Source: Polyangiales bacterium
GTDB lineage: Bacteria; Myxococcota_A; Polyangia; Polyangiales; Ga0077539
Assembly (NCBI GenBank): GCA_044229975.1
Contig: JBGARZ010000002.1
Location: 800,001-864,000 of the forward strand
Length of the DNA stretch: 64,000 bases
Direction of reading: 5' to 3'
The translations under genes and the position numbers were made by a program. Positions 59,601 to 64,000 of this stretch are shown one piece after another. Numbering within the stretch: position 1 is the first letter of the stretch; each line of letters begins with the position of its first letter. The notes under the pieces were generated by a model. It was not told the DNA's origin. It saw only the letters and a list, made by a program, of their open reading frames with translations, and searched no databases.

Positions 59601-60743
59601 GTGACGTCCCCCCCACAGCTCATCAATCACCCTAACGCCCTCTCGGCCGCTGTCCGCCGTCTCGCCGAAGCGCCATCCATCGCGCTCGACTGCGAGAGCG
59701 ACGGCCTCCACCACTGGAGGAGTCGGCTCTGCGTGTTGCAGTGCGGTCTGCCCGACGGAGAGGTGTTTCTCTTCGACGCGCTCGCGCTGCCCCTCGGCGA
59801 CGCGCTCGGCGCGCTGCTCAGCGGCGACGGGCCCGTGAAGATCCTGCACGACCTCTATTTCGATGCGTGGCTGTTGCAGGGCGTGGGCGTCACCCTCGGA
59901 CGCGTCGTCGACACGTCCGTGCACGCGCGCTTCCTGGGGCTGCGCGAGACGGGCCTCGCCTCGCTCCTCGGGCAGCGCTTCGGCGTCGCGCTCGACAAGC
60001 GGTTTCAGCAGTACGACTGGGCGAAGCGACCGCTCGATGAGGCGCTCCAGACCTACCTCGCCAACGACGTTCGGCACCTGCACGACCTGCACGGCGTCCT
60101 CGACCACGACGCCCGCGCGCTCGGCATCGAGGCCGAGGTCGAAGAGGAGACCCGCTACGCCCTCCGGCGCGCCCAGCGCGACGCGAGCGACGACCGTCCG
60201 ACCTACGCGAAGGTGAAGGGTCGCCACGGACTCGAAGCGCCCGCCCGCGCGGCGATGCGTCGGCTCGCTGCCGCCCGCGAGGTGTTGGCCGAGGCGCGCG
60301 ACCTGCCGTCCGGGAGGGTGCTCAGCAACGCGGCGCTGGTCGACCTCGCGCGGCGTCGACCGCGTTCCAACGAGCGGATGAAGACCATCGTCGGCGGCGG
60401 TCTGCGCGACGACGAGGCGCTCGCACAGTGGCAGGCGGCGCTGCGCGAGGCCGACGGCGACGGCGACGTACCCGCGGACGAGTTGCGGTGGTTTCGCTCC
60501 GAGCGCCCGTCGATGGACCCGGTGCTGCGGCGCAAGCGCGAGGTGACGCTCCAGAAGTGGCGCCAGGAGACGGCCGCCGCGCGAGGGCTCGACGTGCAGG
60601 TGGTGCTGCCGGGTCACTGCCTGGAGGTCATCGCGGGCGCCGACGTGCGCGACGCGGACGACCTGCGGAGCATCGACGGCCTCGGCGAGTCGCGGTGGCG
60701 GCGCGACGGGGTCGCCATCGCGGCCTGCCTCGCGGCGCCGTAG
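59601..60743 (+). CDS. rnd: Ribonuclease D (DEDDy exonuclease + HRDC domains)
   Basis: IALDCES, KILHDLYFD, DWAKRPL, YLANDV and REVLAEARDLPSGRVLSN motifs. Confidence 0.92.
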   Translation: MTSPPQLINHPNALSAAVRRLAEAPSIALDCESDGLHHWRSRLCVLQCGLPDGEVFLFDALALPLGDALGALLSGDGPVKILHDLYFDAWLLQGVGVTLGRVVDTSVHARFLGLRETGLASLLGQRFGVALDKRFQQYDWAKRPLDEALQTYLANDVRHLHDLHGVLDHDARALGIEAEVEEETRYALRRAQRDASDDRPTYAKVKGRHGLEAPARAAMRRLAAAREVLAEARDLPSGRVLSNAALVDLARRRPRSNERMKTIVGGGLRDDEALAQWQAALREADGDGDVPADELRWFRSERPSMDPVLRRKREVTLQKWRQETAAARGLDVQVVLPGHCLEVIAGADVRDADDLRSIDGLGESRWRRDGVAIAACLAAP

Positions 60744-61235
60744 CTACGACTGGTCGCGGAGGCGCATGAGACCCGCCCAGCGCGAGGCCACCCGGATGAG
60801 CGCGCCCCGCAACGGAGCAGAGGGCACCTCGCGAATCGCCTGCGACACCTCGTAGGGAACAGGCGCGGGCCGAACGATCGCCTTCGGCTTCGGCGCGACC
60901 TTCTCGGGCACCGCTCCTCGCGGCCCCTGCTTGAAACGCAGCTCGGACACCTCGGCGCCCGCTACCACGCGTTGCACGCGCAGCAACAACTGCTGCCGCT
61001 GGGCGTGGAGCTCCTGGAGCCACGTCGTGTTGCGCACCCAGACGGTGAGCACGCCGCTGCGGAGGGACACCGGCTGCGTCGCGGCGGCGATGTCGGGACC
61101 GACGGCCTCTTCCCACGCGGGCCAGACGCCCAGCGCCTGGCGCACCCTCGCCGGGTCGCGGATGGCCTCGGCGAGCAGCGTCCCGATGTGCGCGGTGCCG
61201 ATGGCCTCGTACCGAACGTTGCGTCGCAGCTTCAC
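60744..61235 (-). CDS. DUF721 / DciA family protein (putative helicase loader)
   Basis: WEEAVGPDIAAATQPVSLRSGVLTVWVRNTTWLQEL. GTGA overlap with the upstream stop. Confidence 0.85.
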   Translation of the reverse strand: MKLRRNVRYEAIGTAHIGTLLAEAIRDPARVRQALGVWPAWEEAVGPDIAAATQPVSLRSGVLTVWVRNTTWLQELHAQRQQLLLRVQRVVAGAEVSELRFKQGPRGAVPEKVAPKPKAIVRPAPVPYEVSQAIREVPSAPLRGALIRVASRWAGLMRLRDQS

Positions 61236-62038
61236 GCTCCTGCCTCCCGCCACGCGCGAGCGAAGGCCAGGGCGAGCGCCGGGTCGATGCTGCCGCCCGC
61301 CACGCCGCCTTCGCGAAGCGCGCTGCCCACGATGGCGCCATCCGCCAGGGCCGCCCACCGCGCGGCGGTGTCGGCGCGCACGCCGCTGCCGAGCCACACC
61401 GGCGTATGGGACACGGCGGCCTTCACGCGCGCGAGGAGGTTCTCGTCGGCGGCTGCGCCGGTGCGGGCGCCGGTGACGATCACCACGTCGGCGAGGGCGC
61501 GCTCGACGACCTCGACGGCCTCTTCGGCGACGGCGTCGTCGCCCGCTGCGCCGAGCGGAGACGAGTGCTTCACGCCGACGTCCGCGACGATGGAGACGCC
61601 CTTCGCGTCGAGGTGGCGGCGCAGGCGAAGGAGCCGCGCGGCGTCGGTCTCTATGATGCCCTGGTCGGCGACGCGGGCGCCCGCGAGGATGTTCACGCGG
61701 ATGAAGCGCGCCTCGGTCGCGACGGCCACCGCGAGCGCCGAGGCCCCGTCGTTGCGAAGCACGTTGACGCCCAGCGGGAGACCCGAGGCCGAGCGCGCGG
61801 TGTCGGCGAGCACCGCCATCGCGGCCACCGTCTCGGGCGGAACCGCGCCGCGGAAGAACGGCGCGTCGCCGAAGTTCTCCACCAGCACGGCGTCGAAGCC
61901 CGCGGCCGCGAGCGCCAGCGCGTCTTCGGCGGTGCGAGCCCGCAGCGATCGCATCGACAGCACCGACCGCGGCGCGCCGGGGAGCGGGGGAAGGTGGATG
62001 ACGCCCACCAGCGCGCGGCCACTCTCTCGAAAGCGCAT
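61232..62038 (-). CDS. BtpA/SgcQ family TIM-barrel protein
   Basis: GVIHLPPLPGAP, VENFGDAPF, GVNVLRND, ADVGVKHS, VTGARTG and DGAIVGS motifs. Confidence 0.93.
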   Translation of the reverse strand: MRFRESGRALVGVIHLPPLPGAPRSVLSMRSLRARTAEDALALAAAGFDAVLVENFGDAPFFRGAVPPETVAAMAVLADTARSASGLPLGVNVLRNDGASALAVAVATEARFIRVNILAGARVADQGIIETDAARLLRLRRHLDAKGVSIVADVGVKHSSPLGAAGDDAVAEEAVEVVERALADVVIVTGARTGAAADENLLARVKAAVSHTPVWLGSGVRADTAARWAALADGAIVGSALREGGVAGGSIDPALALAFARAWREAGA

Positions 62039-62137
62039 GACCGCGTTGTCCTCCACCGCATCGATGGCCGCAACTCCAGGGCATTGCCCGAACGGTGCGC
62101 CACCTGCAGGATTCCGATAGATTCCCGCGCAACTCCT

Positions 62138-63385
62138 ATGGGTCGCGCACGTTCCGCCTTGGTTCCCGGTCTGATGGCCTTCCTGTATGCAGCGACGCTC
62201 GCTGCCCAACCGGCGCCACGCCCAGCACCCGCGAGACCAGCACCCGCCCGACCCGCGACCCCAGCGCCCACCCCGCCAGCCGCTGCGCCGACGCCCGCGA
62301 CACCGCCGAGCGCCGCTGCTCCGACGCCGCCCACCATCGACCCCGCGGCCCCCGCGACGCCTCCGAGCACACCCGCTGACCTCCCGCCGCCACCACCCGG
62401 TGCCGTCGTGGCGACGCCTCCGCCTCCCGCGACACCGACGGCTCCCGTCACCGACGGACCGCGCACCGCCATCATCGACGCGGCGCCCATCGGGGTCGAT
62501 CCGGCGGCAGGTCGCTACGTTACCACGGTGCTCCGTGATGCGGTCGCAGCCCTCGGTTTTCAGGTCATTCCGCAGGCCGAGCTCTACGACGCCGCGCGAC
62601 GTCTCGCGTTGCCCTTCCCTGTTCCGGCGGATGGTGTCTTCACCCTCGAACGCGCGCTCCAGGCGCCCCTCGCGGTGACCGCCGAGGTGCGCGCCGCGCA
62701 GGGTCAGTACGTGGTGCACCTCCGCGTGCGCGTCGCGGTCGAGCGCGAGGAGCGCACCCGTGACGTGACGGCCACGCAGTTTCAGTTGGGGGCGGCGCTG
62801 CGAGAGGCGCTGCCGCCGCTGCTCGTCCCGCCGCGCATCGAGCCGACCCCCCCGTTGATGGTGAGCGAGGACGGCCCGGCCGCGCAGCCCGCCACTCCCG
62901 CGCGTCCAACGGCAGGCCCGACGACACCTGCCCGCAGGCGACGCACGCCGCGGGCGCATCCGCAGCGCTGGGAGGCCAGCATCGGCGCCATCGCGGCGCT
63001 CGGCCCGGGACGCGACGGCTTCGTCAACGCCCTCGCCCTCGCGCGGCTCTCGTTCTTCTTCAAGGACCGCCTCGGCGTCTCGCTCGCGGCCGCGTACGTC
63101 AACCTCCGCGGTCGCGAGGAGCGTGTGTCCAACGTGCTCGTGCTCGCCGGCGTCGAGACGGCCGTCGACCTCCTCCCCGACCGCCGCATCTTCATCCCGC
63201 TGCGCGCCGAGATCGGGTACCTGCCCAACAACGGGCCGGTGTTTCGGTTGACCGCGGGCGTGAGCTTCTCCCTCGCGCGCCGGGTGCGGCTCAACGTCGA
63301 TCTGCTGTCGCCGACGCTCTGGGTGCTGCCCGGGAGCACGCCCGTGACGCTCGACCTCGGCGCCCACCTCGCCATCGGCTTCTGA
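62138..63385 (+). CDS. Secreted Pro/Ala/Thr-rich protein with C-terminal outer-membrane beta-barrel
   Basis: Signal peptide, ~85-aa PAT-rich linker, amphipathic beta-strands and terminal LGAHLAIGF. Confidence 0.7.
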   Translation: MGRARSALVPGLMAFLYAATLAAQPAPRPAPARPAPARPATPAPTPPAAAPTPATPPSAAAPTPPTIDPAAPATPPSTPADLPPPPPGAVVATPPPPATPTAPVTDGPRTAIIDAAPIGVDPAAGRYVTTVLRDAVAALGFQVIPQAELYDAARRLALPFPVPADGVFTLERALQAPLAVTAEVRAAQGQYVVHLRVRVAVEREERTRDVTATQFQLGAALREALPPLLVPPRIEPTPPLMVSEDGPAAQPATPARPTAGPTTPARRRRTPRAHPQRWEASIGAIAALGPGRDGFVNALALARLSFFFKDRLGVSLAAAYVNLRGREERVSNVLVLAGVETAVDLLPDRRIFIPLRAEIGYLPNNGPVFRLTAGVSFSLARRVRLNVDLLSPTLWVLPGSTPVTLDLGAHLAIGF

Positions 63386-63418
63386 GCGCGCCATGCTGCG
63401 ACCCCATTGAGGTGGTCG

Positions 63419-64000
63419 ATGGTTCCGCTGTGCGCGACGTGTGGTGAGGGAGTCTCCGAGGGTCAGCGCTGTTCGCACTGCGACGCTGATCCGCCCGCGT
63501 GGCAGCCGATCCCGCGCGACCTCGTCAGCCTGGTCTTCGGAGCGCTCGGCCTGCTCGGCGGCCTCACGATGGCGCTCCTGGCAGTGCGCTTCGTCGTCAC
63601 GAGCTGGGGTGGCGTCTTCGAGACCATCGGGGCCGTCCTCCTCGGTGTAGCGGGCGTTGTCGTCGGCGCCGCGCTCGCCCACGGCAGCACCGAGGCGCTG
63701 CTGCGACAGCGCTCCTGGCGCCATCCCGTCGCAGGTCGGCGCCAGGCATACGCAGTGACCCGCGGCGACCGCGTGGTGAGCGCTCACGGCGGCGGACGCA
63801 TCGTCGGTCGACCCATGGCGGTCACCATCACAGGCCCTCGCGGCATCGAGGCCTTCGCCCACTACGCGACCCTCCGTACCCTCGTCGCAACGACCTATGC
63901 AGTCCCTGGGATGGCTCGGGTCGACCTCGCGCTCGCGGCGGCCCTGATCGCCCTCGCGGCGCGCGGACGCGTCGCGCTGCGGACGAACTCGCACGTGTCG
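63419..64000 (+). CDS. Hypothetical membrane protein with N-terminal zinc ribbon, 3'-truncated
   Basis: My translation: MVPLCATCGEGVSEGQRCSHCDAD.. followed by two TM helices. GAGGTGG RBS. Absent from the ORF track, presumably because it runs off the window. Confidence 0.7.
   Translation, partial: MVPLCATCGEGVSEGQRCSHCDADPPAWQPIPRDLVSLVFGALGLLGGLTMALLAVRFVVTSWGGVFETIGAVLLGVAGVVVGAALAHGSTEALLRQRSWRHPVAGRRQAYAVTRGDRVVSAHGGGRIVGRPMAVTITGPRGIEAFAHYATLRTLVATTYAVPGMARVDLALAAALIALAARGRVALRTNSHVS

Overview
A gene-dense, very GC-rich bacterial chromosomal segment with about 50 supportable CDSs. I saw no rRNA, tRNA, CRISPR array, IS element or prophage. Gene content (Ser/Thr kinases, FHA-ABC transporter, Cys-rich and FG-GAP lipoproteins, type IVa pilin) suggests Myxococcota, which is my inference. 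Housekeeping genes: 5'-truncated dnaE carrying a 445-aa LAGLIDADG intein, tandem-domain thyX, map, purQ-purL, HU, prs, plsB-like plus a degenerate gpsA, accD-folC, rnd, DUF721/DciA and BtpA. Three accessory blocks stand out. (1) A ~13 kb putative glycolipid synthesis/export locus at 15340-28042: DegT aminotransferase, PAP2 enzyme, His-less acyltransferase, two methyltransferases, MMPL transporter, three GT4 glycosyltransferases and two deacetylases. (2) A surface-appendage block at 29306-40524: triple-FHA ABC exporter and a pilin, divergent from three large lipoproteins. (3) A co-directional signalling run at 46372-58409: Crp, cNMP phosphodiesterase, SMI1/KNR4, accD, folC, a 16-repeat Cys-rich lipoprotein, a pseudokinase and a kinase. 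Smaller signals include an A/T-rich codon tract beside the intein, a CRP-box-like palindrome, and a long-range inverted repeat abutting an RBS. All family calls come from motifs recognised by eye, with no database search. Many starts were re-picked downstream of the ORF-track starts.
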